Below, in pieces: positions 41,151-54,204 of a DNA stretch of 64,000 nt. The translations under genes and the position numbers were made by a program. Numbering within the stretch: position 1 is the stretch's first letter; each line of letters opens with the position of its first letter. The stretch lies in NCBI RefSeq assembly GCF_009914755.1, contig NC_060928.1; one strand, written 5' to 3'. Origin of the DNA: the human T2T-CHM13v2.0 reference genome, Homo sapiens. The notes beneath the pieces are model-generated. The model searched no databases and was not told where the DNA came from. It saw nothing but the letters and a program-made list of their open reading frames with translations.

Positions 41151-43751
41151 CTTTTTTTTTTCCTTATCATGATGAGCAGCACTTATAATGAGGAAAAATA
41201 ACTTTTCCCTGGAATACATGCTGAGAGAAAAGGGAGAACTCAGAATACTCCAAGGAAGCATTTATTTTATACGTCAGTATTTATAGGGTGCTTTGTGGTA
41301 TAGCAGAACCAGGCTCATGATCCAGCAGAATATTTACAGATCCAAGATAGTTGATAAATGATCAGAACTTAAAAAAAATACAGCTGCTAGAATATTTGGT
41401 GTTTGTTCATTATTAGTAGACCTGACCATATTATGATGATCCCGAGTGAGCTAAACATGCACTTTCAGTAAAATGACAAACAAAAGGGAGCCCTGGCAAT
41501 AAATGTTAAAATATATCTCCCTATTCATCATTGTTCACTGCAGAATCGGGTCATTTAAGGTAAAGTATTAATAAAAGTGTTAGATACTTAAATTCAAATA
41601 AAATTACATGATTGTAAAGAAAAAAAGCCCATGTATTTAAGTAAAAATCTTCTGAGTTGGTTTTCACACTTAGGTTATTCAGTTTGTCTAAATTACATAA
41701 GAAGCTTGGAGTAAATTTATTGTTAACATTCTGTATTTTTTCTTAATTTGCTAAGCAGGCATTGTACCTCTGGAGCCACCAAGTTTATGAATATATATTC
41801 ATTAATCTTTAGATATTCCGTTTGAAAATGACTTCTCATTTCCTCGTATTTGTCCCAGTTACTAATTCCCTTTAAATTGGAATCGACCACCAGCATTGTT
41901 TATTAATTTCACCTTAAGATGGTATTGGTTAGTAGACAGTAATGCTGAAACACACATTTTTTTTAAGCAAGCTTGAAATTTCTTTTGAATTGCATTTTGA
42001 AATTTTTCTGTAACCCTTCTGGCAAACATCACCTTAAAACTATATTTCTCACTCACATATCCAGTTATAAATATGACCATAGTATGACAGTCTTCCTGCA
42101 TGCATAATATAGGCATGGAGATTTTGTTGCCTGATGGTAAATATTTCCAAAACAAGATCTAGCCCAAAACTGTGCAAAGAGTTTGATTTAACAATTTAGT
42201 TTTTTTTTTCTTTTTACCTCTAAGAGACTTGTTTAACACTATTAGGCAGTTTTCATGTGAATGCTTACCCATTTAAGAAGGGAGGGAAAAGTGCTTCTAA
42301 TCCTTGAATTTTTTTTCAAAGAAAAATAACTTTCCAATTGCCTTGCCCCTCCCGTGGAGCACTTCCCAGCTGCTTGCCTCTTTTTCTCTGTGCCCCCCAC
42401 CGCATGCATGTACACACACATACACACACACTCCCAAGGACATCTGCTCTTACTTGCCTGGTTGCCAAGACAAGATCCTTTCCAATAGCCTAGTCAGAAA
42501 TTGGCAGGGAAGAGTCTCTCTCAGAAAGTTCAGGGTGAGACATTTCACTCAAAAGTTAGGTCAAAATGTACTTCAAGCTTTACAACCATTTGGGACCTTC
42601 ACATTCTAAGATAAGTTTTAGGTTTGAGGGATCCTAGGTCAAGCACACAGAAAGTAAACTTGTAGTGTCTTTTATGCGCCATTGATGAGTCTCACTTGGC
42701 TGATCCCAAATTCTTGTTCTTAGAAATCCTTGCTAAATCTGAATTTGTTATACAACTTCTAAATTTCTACTGAGCTACTCAGTATGTTTATCACAAAATT
42801 GATGAGGTGTGAAAATATAATTTGTTATATAAAAATAAAAACTTTAGATATATAATATAAAGTATAAGACCAGAAGCAGCAATTTAGGACCATATATAAG
42901 ACTGACTCTGGTAACACCGTCATATTTTGAGAGCAGAAATCATTAGAATGTGGAAGTGAGTCTTGCTAATATGTCCCAGAAAGGTAATACCTTATTAACT
43001 CAAATTGTAAAAGTAATATCAAAACTTTTTTGCCATAAAGTTATTTTCTTTCATATTCAAAGATAGCTGTCTTTATATGATAAAATATTTAATGTGTAAG
43101 AAAAGAAAACACATCTTACTTTTAGATCCTATTAAGTAACTCCGTTGTGTTTTTGTTTTGGCTTGTTGATATGTCAGCTTTTCTGTTTGAGACGATTGAA
43201 GGAATATTTTAAATATAATTTTTCTATTACACATTAATCATTATCTCCTATAAGTGAGGTGCAGGAAAAAGGCACTTATATATTTGAAAATGGAGGCTCT
43301 GTTATAAGCACCAATTCATTGCTTGATCATTACACAGTGAGTCAGTTGTTTATTATAGCATATAATGACCTTGTGTTATTCATTAGATTTATTATTTAAT
43401 CTTATGTAAGTGGCAATACACTAAGACTTGTAAAATGACCAAAACTGGCACCTGATGGCCTGTCTCCTTCTTGATTCTTGTTTGTTCATCTGAGGAAGTT
43501 ATTTAGTATTGTAGGAAAAAATGCTAAATACTGATGAGATATGCTCACAGGTACAACATACAGTAACTAGAGAATCTTGAAAAGACATCAATGCAATAGC
43601 AAGATAAATGCTGAGTTTGTCTTATTTGTACTTCATGGGAGCCTTTTAATACTCAACACAATATTATTTCACTTTTACCACAATTTTTAAATTTAGTTTA
43701 AAACACAAATGGGAATCCCAACCCCCGATATTTTTCATTCTTTTTATTTAG

Positions 43752-44048
43752 TATTTATTTATTTATTTATTTATTTATTTATTTTTTCAGAAGGTGTCTC
43801 GCTCTGTGGCTCAGGCTAGAGTGCAGTGGTGTGTTCTCGGTTCGCTCCAACCTCCACCTCCCGGTTCAAGTGATTCTCCTGCCTCAGCCTCCCGAATAGC
43901 TAGGATTATAGGCGCATGCCACCATGCCCTGCTAATTTTTATATTTTTAGTAGAGACGGGGTTTCGCCATGTTGACCAGGTTGGTCTCAAACTCCTGACC
44001 TCAGGTGATCCACCCACCTCAGCCTCACAAAGTGGTGGGATTACAGGA
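43752..44048 (-). mobile_element. AluS, antisense, about 140 bp upstream of exon 3
   Basis: (TTTA)n tail, dimer, slightly 5'-truncated. Confidence 0.92.
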
Positions 44049-44189
44049 CTGTTTTTATTTCAGTCTAGGTTCTTCCTAAAATATCCACCTAGTTTCCCAA
44101 AATTCTTTTCCTCATCTTATATCTTTCAAATAAGGTGGTTTTACTATGACATTAAGTGCTTCTAATGAGTCTTTTTATATTTTTTAAAG

Positions 44190-44346
44190 GTTTCCTTCAA
44201 ACAACTGCGGATGAGTTTTGCTTTTACTATGCAAGAAAAGATGGTGGGTTGTGCTTTCCAGATTTTCCAAGAAAACAAGTCAGAGGACCAGCATCTAACT
44301 ACTTGGACCAGATGGAAGAATATGACAAAGTGGAAGAGATCAGCAG
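44190..44346 (+). CDS. HHIP: HHIP coding exon 3
   Basis: Acceptor tttttaaag|, reads (G)FLQTTADEFCFYYARKDGGLCFPDFPRKQVRG...VEEIS(R), weak donor CAG|GTTCAT; 157 nt, phase 1 to 2. Confidence 0.96.
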
Positions 44347-45036
44347 GTTCATAAAGATAAATGCTCTTTAATCTTTTTAAAAAAACCCAACTGACAAATC
44401 TTGTGGTTTTGACAGTGAATCAACTGTCTGTGCTTATGTTCAGCAGCTATATCCTCCAGATGCTTTAGTTTTTTCTCTGTGGTAGTTTGTTTCTCTAAAA
44501 TTCTAGCTTAAATGCTTTTAATACTTAGACTACTAATAGTATATTATGAGCTTGGCTTCTCTATGACTCATGTCAATTTTATGGGTATAGTTTTAAGCCT
44601 GAATTTTATGATTGTTGTTAGTCTATGGCACTGTGAAAATGTTCAGCACAATTACCATTAGCAAATCAGGTTTTTCTAAATAGATCTTAGAACTTTCTCT
44701 CTACATGCCTTCCATAAGGTTTATTTATTGTGAGTAAAACTAATTTTAATTATAGTCGCTGAAATATGAGAAAATGAGATTATGACATTTGAAAATATAT
44801 ACATGTTTTGATTCTCTTATTTTACTTTCTGACAGAAGGCTGTTTTGTTTTTTGCCATTGAAAGAATTTAAAAGAACCACTTAAAAGAATTATATTGTGA
44901 CCCTTGGGTTAGCAAGCACTTCATGGTTCTCAAAACCATGATTCCTAGAGGAAATAGAGTTTGAAAAGGATGCCAAGTGCATCCCTTATCTCCTTCATCT
45001 CAAGAAAAGCTTACCGGTTTTCTTTAATTTGTTTAG

Positions 45037-45238
45037 AAAGCACAAACACAACTGCTTCTGTATTCAGGAGGTTGTGAGTGGGCTGCGGCAGCCCGTTGGT
45101 GCCCTGCATAGTGGGGATGGCTCGCAACGTCTCTTCATTCTGGAAAAAGAAGGTTATGTGAAGATACTTACCCCTGAAGGAGAAATTTTCAAGGAGCCTT
45201 ATTTGGACATTCACAAACTTGTTCAAAGTGGAATAAAG
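45037..45238 (+). CDS. HHIP: HHIP coding exon 4 (start of beta-propeller)
   Basis: Acceptor tttgtttag|, reads (R)KHKHNCFCIQEVVSGLRQPVGALHSGDGSQRLFILEKEG...VQSGIK, weak donor AAG|GTTGGC; 202 nt; cumulative 831 nt = 277 codons. Confidence 0.96.
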
Positions 45239-45370
45239 GTTGGCTTTTTAAATTTTATTTATTTTTGTGCTGGCTACGTTAATTTTATTTTAGTGTTACC
45301 TTCCTCACTGAAGGTATTTCTTTGTAATAAAAGAAAGAATCTTGCAGGAGAAAATAAGGGGGCAACATAA
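45239..45370 (+). CDS. HHIP: Alternative C-terminus from intron-4 read-through (short 320-aa HHIP isoform)
   Basis: Frame stays open past the exon-4 donor for 43 codons (VGFLNFIYFCAGY...ENKGAT) to TAA at 45368-45370; ATTAAA at 45408-45413; matches my recollection of an annotated short isoform. Confidence 0.7.
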   Translation, partial: VGFLNFIYFCAGYVNFILVLPSSLKVFLCNKRKNLAGENKGAT

Positions 45371-48359
45371 GAAACAATAATTATGGCACCTGAATTAGGA
45401 CAGTGACATTAAATTTCTGTTATTTGTTGACTATTGTGCGCTGCAATCGAATTGATATTTGACATGCTTTCCCCATGTAATTGACACATTTAAAGGAATC
45501 TTTGGCTTTATAAAGTATTGTTTAAATATTGTTTAATGGGCATAACACAGGACTGTACATCAGCATTTGCTAGTAGAAACAAAGAGGTCTTTTGGTTATT
45601 TTGGCAATTGCAAATCATTCTTTCACCATCTCTGTTTTTGAGTCTGTCTCATAAAAAATACTACTTATACTACAACTTCCTTGTACAATGTTTTTACAGG
45701 TAAGTAAAATATTTCTATAATTAGCCACCTATAAAACATATATTGCCCTCTTTTTCACTTCTCTAATTTGAATTCTCATTTTAAATAACCTAGGTATGTA
45801 AACAAAATTATTGTCAAGTTTGTTTCACAAGAGTGACACAGTACAACATTAGCAGTACTAAACCATAAAGCAAATTATGACGTTCTAAAATTAAGACACA
45901 TTTAATAGCTCATGCCTATTTTAGAATGAAACAAAGTAACAATATGATTTGGGAAGAACTGGTTATCCTTTTCATTTCTTAACTGAAAAAAAAAAACCTG
46001 AAGGAGGATTTATAGTCTTCTACTCACATAGAAATGAACTCTTTCTTGCTTTGTTGTGCTGTACTCCAGTGGTAAGAAGACCCAAATCAGAAGAAACAAG
46101 TCAGGAAAAATATAGATATATTCCTGCTATCTATTTCATTTTCTTATCGTGTGAGAGTTAAGATGACTCCAGTCTTTATTTTTTACCATTGTAAATAATG
46201 TTATTTATTATTCATGTACATTTTACTTAATCTGGTCATGGATGACTTCCTTAATATTCATTCACAAAAAGGGCATTACTGAGTTGAAGATTATAACCAT
46301 AATACATATTGCCAATTTGCTTTAAAAATATTTTCAGATATTTGAGAATAATACTAATTATTTGAGAGAACTGATATTAATATTAACAATAGTTTTCAAA
46401 TGTGCTTTGAGTAAAAATGTTGGTATTAAAAAGATATGTATGATGTAATATAGATGTAAGGAGGGCTCAGAATACTGGAAAATTTTTTATAACAAGAACT
46501 GATGTTCTTGTTTCTACCTCAATTTGACTGCCTTTTAAATCAGGGTTCCTTCAGCATCCCTATTTCAATTTACACCCTTCGTAGGGCTCTCTGATGATTC
46601 ATTGCCATATTCAGCTCTGACATGGAGATGTTTCATTATGTAATAAAATTGTACAAGCAAGGATATAACAGTACCTTGGTTCTGAGTATGTGTATTCTGC
46701 AGTCTTCCAGGAATTCTGCAGTACTTGGCCAAATTTACAAGAAAACTTGCAGAATTTGGACCTCCTTTTCCAGAAGAGCTCCCGGGTTTCTGGGGCCTAA
46801 AATATACTTCAAAACCTGTTATTCTGGTGAACTTATATGACATATTTTAAGATGCAATATTTTAAATTCCTTTGATGTTTTAGCGCTAATTATGTCCACG
46901 AGATAGGAATATATCACACGGATATCAGAGTGTATAGTGAGTAATAAGATCACATCCTTCTTACTTCAAGCAGGTCATGCTGCACATGGCCTTTATCTCA
47001 GTGTCTGTGGAACTTCCCGATTGGAAGAGTTAAGGCCACTGTCAGTATGATGGGGCAGATACCACCACATTTATGAGTTGATCATAGCACTGATTTTGGT
47101 GGTTGCCCCTCAGAGACTTGTAATGTAAAAGCATTTTCACAGCTATTTCTGGCTTCTTTAATATATGAAAGTTATCATATATTTATGACAGTATTCTGTG
47201 TTTGTCAATAATCATTTTGCATAAGTAATGCCAATACGAATTTTCATAAATTATTATACATATCAACTATTCTATTTTTTCAGTTTTAAAATCCTAAGAG
47301 AGGGCATAAAGCTGTTTAACAGACTAAAGTATTAGTTGCAATACTCAAATCACAGAATTGGTAATACATACTAAACCCAACCTCCACACGTTTGAAATTG
47401 AGAATAATACAAACCACATTGCAGAACCCCTTCACAATTACATTAATTGATGACTAAGAGGAATATGTTAAGTCAGACATAAGGAGGAATTTCTGATTAT
47501 AAGAGTTTCTAAAATCTATTGCTGGCTATTTTTAAAAAATCTGGAATTCCTTGTCTGCTAATGTAAATTAATTGGGAGTGATTTCTGTCACATGGTAAAG
47601 GCTGACCTTTTTTAAGGCCAAGAGTTGGACTTGCTTATCTCTTTAAACCTCTACCAACTCTGATTCTTATAAGTGCTTGAGAGGGATGCCATCAGCCAAG
47701 AGCCAATCATAAGGGAACTTGGACAACTCTTCCTAAATGGGTCCTAACTGAAGCTAAAAAGATGATGTCTTATTTTTACACACCAAGATCGTGCTGCCTA
47801 AATTGTAGGAGATTGTAGTACCCTGGGGGCTAAACTGTCTGCAGTTCCCAGAGAAAAAGTTAATCTGCAAAAAATGCAAAGCACAAGCTAAAGAATTAAC
47901 TTCTTTTTGCTATAGAAAAAAAAGTTGTGGCATTGAGATTAAAGAGTAAGTCAGGAATATGTTTTTAAAATATGTAGTGATTTGATAGCTCTTTGATGAT
48001 AGTGTACTCTACAAGCTAATCACTATTACTGGCACTGTGAAGAATGGGCCACATGTCAAACTGATGAGCAAACTTTAAAACTTTCATTGTGTGTGTGGCT
48101 GTGTGTGTGCATGTGCACATGCAGCGTTGTTATTGTTCTGTTGTTATCATTTTATTCCAAAGGGCAAAAATTACAAAAATTTTACTATCTCCAGAAAGAA
48201 ACACTTCTTTGAGATACTGGGTGATTTGAAATCTTTAAATTGAGCTTATATCTGAGCTCTGAAATCAGAGCTTCTGGCAAGTGCTAGAACCAGCTTTGTC
48301 TATCTAAAGTCCTTGGCAATGATAGACTAATGCCTCTAATGATACTGTGAAGAATGGCT

Positions 48360-48820
48360 TCACAGTATAATCACCCAGGAGCTTTCAAAAATTCTTATAG
48401 CCAAGTTGGGTGTGGTGTCTCATGCCTGTAATTCCAACACTTTGGGAGGCCAAGGCAGGAGGATTACTTGAAGTCAGAAGTTCCAGACCAACCTGGCCAA
48501 TATGTTGAAACCATGTCTCTAATAAAATTACAAAAAAAATTAGCCGGGCATGGTGGCATGCACCTGTAGTCCCAGCTACTCAGAAGGCTGAGGCAAGAGA
48601 ATCACTTGAACTGAACCTGGGAGGCGGAGGTTGCAGTGAGCCAAGATCATGCCTCTGCACTCTAGCCTAGGCAACAGAGCGAGACTCCATTTCAAAAAAA
48701 AAAACTTCTTATACCCCAAAACAGTCAGTCAGAATATCTGGGGTTGGCACCCAGGCATCAATATGTTTTTAAAGCTTTCCCAGGTAATTCCAATGTGTAG
48801 CCAATTTGAAAACCACTGAT
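48360..48820. mobile_element. MER5A-like hAT element split by an Alu
   Basis: aatcacccaggagcttt...tcagaatatctgggg...cccaggtaattccaatgtgtagcc...aaccactg. Confidence 0.6.
48404..48703 (+). mobile_element. AluS
   Basis: Dimer with polyA tail. Confidence 0.9.
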
Positions 48821-50484
48821 GTAGCCTGAGCCAAACTTCTGGATCACTTACACATTGAATGAGACATATTTTCTCTGCCAAGCCTACACCCAAGTCCTAT
48901 TCCTGACTTAACAACTAAGAGCAGGTGGTTGGATACCAGTTGTCATTTGCCCTGTACCTTTTCTAATTTACTTAGTTTATATATATTACTTATCCAACTT
49001 GAGTGAGGAATTGGGTTAATTCTGGCAGCATGTAAGATGCTTGATATAAAGCATATGAAATACCATTTGAAAAAAATGGTATTTAAAAATCTCAAGTTAA
49101 TTCTAACTGGGAAATGGCTTTACCAGTTAATCTTTTTCTGTTTTTGTTCCATTTTGGAATCTGGTGCTCAGCTAGTTGGCAAAATTGCTATTGTTCCTGT
49201 TCTTAAAATATGTGGATTGTGATTATATATATAAAACCTTGTTAAAAGCAACAAGGCCACCAGAAGATACTCTAGTGTAATTTCACCAAAATGCCCCTGA
49301 CTGCCAAGAATGTGAAAGTCAGCCTTAGCTTTGCATGTGTGTTAAAGGAAGGATATGCCCGCACCTGTCACTTGGCAGGGTGGCCCCTCAAGGAAACTAG
49401 CAAACACCATTCTCCGCCACTTAGTTCTTGCGAGTGGTCAGAGGATGAAGAGGTTCACACCCTCAGCAGCCCTCGGCTAGCAGCACACAGCAGACACAGC
49501 TGAAAGCCTTGTCTATCATTGGAACAAGTGTCACTGGACTCCTGTCCCTCTCTATCTACTTGGACCCTCATTTCAAAAGATGCTTTTAGAAGCAGTCCTT
49601 TTACCAGGGGAGGAGAGGACGTGAGGCTGAAAGCTGCTAATTGTCCGGGTGACTGAGCCAATTGAGGTGGAGCTCTTGAGAGACAGCAGTCCCTGTGCCG
49701 GAAGTCACAGCAGCATGTGGAGGAGGATGCAGGGTCCACCAGGGCAAGCCCTGATGGGGAAGCCTCTGATTTCACAGGCTTGTAAATCACAAACATAATT
49801 ATGAGTATCAAAAATTTGTGAAATCTAAGTCCTCATCAACCATGGAGGCTGATGTTCCATTTCTCTGAACTTTGTCAAACCTTTTTACATTTTTTTCTTT
49901 GACTTGCAATCTTAAGGCAACCCATGAAGCGTTAGTGTATTTTTGCTTGAGTGAAATGAATCAAAGCAGATTGAGAAGCAATTTATTTTTCAAAAGTAGT
50001 ATTGGTAACATAGCATGCATACACATTATACACACATACACATATGGTGATTACTAGATCATGTAACAAATGCTTCCCCAGAAAAACTGCTGAGAACTCT
50101 GCTTTTAAGCACACATTAGGTTAGAATAAAGCCTGTGTTAATAGAAAGAAAGCAACAGATTATATTTGTTAAATATTACAATAGAAGAATCACCATTGTG
50201 GCACATTTTTGTATACTGAATGGCATTTTTACTTTTTGACTTATCAGATTACTGCTCAGAAGTCATAATGCCTCATCTAAAAGAGAGTTGCTATAGTGGT
50301 GGAAATAAACAATAAATAAACTCATTAAAAAGTGGTAGAAATTGTCTTCCCCAAAATAAAAATTTTTAAGCAACTTCTTTATAGTTTAAAATTCTGGTTA
50401 CAAACCGTTTATGTTATGTAAAAATATAAACAAAATGCAGATTGCAAATAAAGATGTTTTTATTTTTTTGTGTGTGTTTGTTCA

Positions 50485-50757
50485 TTTTTTGAGACAGAGT
50501 CTTGCTCTGTTGCCCAGGCTGCCGAGTGCAGTGGTGCGATCTCAGCTCACTGTAACCTCCTGGGTTCAAGAGATTCTCCTGCCTCAGCCTTCTGAGTAGC
50601 TGGGATTACAGGCATGTGCCACAATGCCTGGCTAATTTTTGTAGTTTTAGTAGAGACAGGGTTTCCTCATGTTGCCCAGGCTGTTCTCAAACTCCTGGAC
50701 TCAAGCGATGCACCTGCCTCAGCCTCCCAAAGTGCTAGGATTCCACCACACTTGGCC
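50485..50757 (-). mobile_element. Alu (S/J)
   Basis: Antisense dimer with small deletions. Confidence 0.88.
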
Positions 50758-51646
50758 TCTTATAAGTAAAGTTTTCGACTGCAGTTATTTCTAATATCAA
50801 TGTAGTAATGGCATGGCTTTTAATCCAACTATTTTTATTTTATTGAGTGTTGCTGATCCTTTATATCACAATGCTCTGTACTCTGTGAAAAATGTCATTT
50901 TCAATTTTCATGTAAGTTTAATCTCATTTTAAATGTATAAATGCCCACAAAGAAAAATTATTTTTCATAAAGCCAAAAGTCCCTTAATAATGTGAAATAA
51001 CCTCAGTGTAATTTTTCATTTGGTTGAGTTAGTTTTTGCTCCTGGTATTCTTTCATTATTTTTGAATTTGCTATTCTATTGATAAAACCTTTCAATAAGT
51101 ATAAGTGTGCATTTATGTGGTTATGCCAGTTTAAGGCAGTTTAATCTATAGTTTATTTTCCACCCTATTTTTTACTGAAGCAGAAACTGGAGTGACAGAT
51201 GCCATGTTTCTCCAGTTGAGTAGAGAAAGCCCTGCCTTCTCCTAAATTTTAGGTCCCATCAGTCACAGCAGAGGTGAGGAAAGTTTTTACATTAATATCT
51301 TTATATTTACCTAAGATTTGAAGGGCAAAGGAAATAGAAGCTATAAATCTGAGCAATCTCATGGTAATCACTTAAAACAAGTGAAAAACCGGGAAATCTG
51401 GACCCTAGAAAACGTCTGCCGTCTTTAAAGGGCATCTCTTTAAGTGAGATATCTACCATCTTCTACAGACTGTCTCTGACTAGAAAAAATAAGAAAATCT
51501 ACTGATGATATAAGTTATCATTGTTTTCCAGTGGCTGTATTACCTCATAAAAAGAAAATATCAAACATCACAAAACTATCTCTAAATGGCAGAGAATTCC
51601 CTTTGGTACAGAATTCCCTTTTGAAGATTGTTTCCTGATACTACAG

Positions 51647-51648
<2 letters not shown>

Positions 51649-51688
<40 letters not shown>
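51649..51688. repeat. (GT)20 microsatellite
   Basis: Direct read. Confidence 0.97.
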
Positions 51689-51690
<2 letters not shown>

Positions 51691-51799
51691 TGAGAACACT
51701 TAAGAAATCTATTCTCTTAGCAAATTTCAAGTATACAATAAAGTTTAATACTACAGTCTTCAAGCAAGCCATGTTGTTAGCAGACACTCTCTTCTTCTT

Positions 51800-52350
51800 T
51801 CTTATTAATCATAACCACCACTTTTTAAGTCCTTACTTTCATAGTCATTTCATTGATTACTTCTGGAATCCCTGTCAGGTAGGTGTTAATATCCCTTTTC
51901 ACAGATGAAGGGACTGAGGCCCACATGTTAAGGAAACTGCCCCGATACCACAGCTAGCAAGTACCACAGACAGATTTCAAATGCAGTTTGTCTGACACTG
52001 TGCTCTCAACCAGGGTGCTAAGCTGCTAAATGCTGCTATATGCCTCTAATGAGTGGCACTGCATGAGAGGAGAGACTGCAGAGCATGTTAAGAAAACAAG
52101 ACTGGTGATGGTTGGTGTCAGCATGCTCAGTGAGGAGGCTGAGAGCCCAGCATCTAGAGTCATGGATAGACACCTGGGTTCTGACCACTGTTCCTACCAA
52201 GTCTTACTGGTTGTTTGGCCTTGGGCAAGTTGTTTAACCTCTCTAGGCTCACTTTCTTTATCTGTTAAATAGAGACAATAAAAGGTCACACCTAATATTT
52301 TGCATGCACAATCACACATAAATGTGAAGTGCTTTGTAAGCTGTTAACCA
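51800..52350. mobile_element. Two MIR fragments in opposite orientation
   Basis: acagatgaagggactgagg (minus) near 51900; ccttgggcaagttgtttaacctctct (plus) near 52220. Confidence 0.6.
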
Positions 52351-52472
52351 TCATCTATCATACTAACATAAAAAGGAGGGGAAGAAGGAAAATATGCATG
52401 ACTCACAAGCTCCAGTGACCACTGCTAGCAATACACCCTGGGGTTGAAACAGTCCCTCATAAAATGAATTTT

Positions 52473-52765
52473 GGTGGCTCACTTCCAATCCCAGCATTTT
52501 GGGAGGCTGAAGCAGGAAAATCACTTGAGGCCAGGAGTTCAAGACCAGCTTTATCAACATAGCGACACCCCATCTTCTACCAAAAATTTAAACATTAGCC
52601 AGGTGTGATGGCATGCACCTATAGTCTCAGCTACTCAAGAGGCTCAGCGAGAGGATCCCTTGAGCCCAGGAGTTCAAGGTTGCAGTGAGCTATGATTTTG
52701 CCACCACACTCCAGCCTCAGTGACAGAGTCAGACCTCATCTCAAAAAAATAATAAATAATAAATA
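52473..52765 (+). mobile_element. AluJ
   Basis: gaggatcccttgagcccaggagttcaagg right arm. Confidence 0.88.
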
Positions 52766-53429
52766 GAACAAAATGTATCTGTATAACTTACGGGAAACTC
52801 ATGATAGTGTTAGCATTCGCACCAAAATAATACGGCAGTCCCTTGGAAACAAAGTTATTGACGCATGTGGACTGGCTTTCTTTACCTCAGAAAGATAAAC
52901 CTAGGATATGTTTTCTATTTAAATGTGTTACTAGAGAAAAACAACACCTTTTGACAGCATCAACTTTGGACATTAATTATAGGGTATTGCTGCCCACCTC
53001 ACTGCAAAGTCCCCAGCTCTGGAGTTTCTCAAAGCACAGGACTAACGATGACTAAGCACAAAGCAGCTGACCCATAAGAACTACAGCAACCTTTCAGCAG
53101 CATTTCCTTGCTTTCATAGTAGTTTTTCTCAACCTGGATATTATAGTAATGTCGGTCTTTTTTGTGTTTATTTTGGAACATGGTTTCTGTCAATCTACCA
53201 CAGAGTTAATAAATTGTAGGATTTGCAAAGGAAATATACTGGGACTGAAAAGTAAGAAGGCACATATTTTTGCCCACTAGCAACTATGGCTCACAGCACA
53301 GATTTAGAATGTCAGTTGGGAGGGGGGCAATTGGGTAAAGCTGCTATAAAATTAACATGAAATGGATGTTACAGAGAGTATATTTCTCAAGAAATTATTA
53401 TTATTATTATTATTTTGAAAAGCAGATCA

Positions 53430-54204
<775 letters not shown>

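Noticed and set aside
46565-46843. Overlapping ORFs on both strands in intron 4
   Set aside because: Short, no recognisable domain, no convincing splice pair
48034-48357. 14-bp direct repeat ACTGTGAAGAATGG 310 bp apart
   Set aside because: No recognisable element or tail between the copies; chance is plausible
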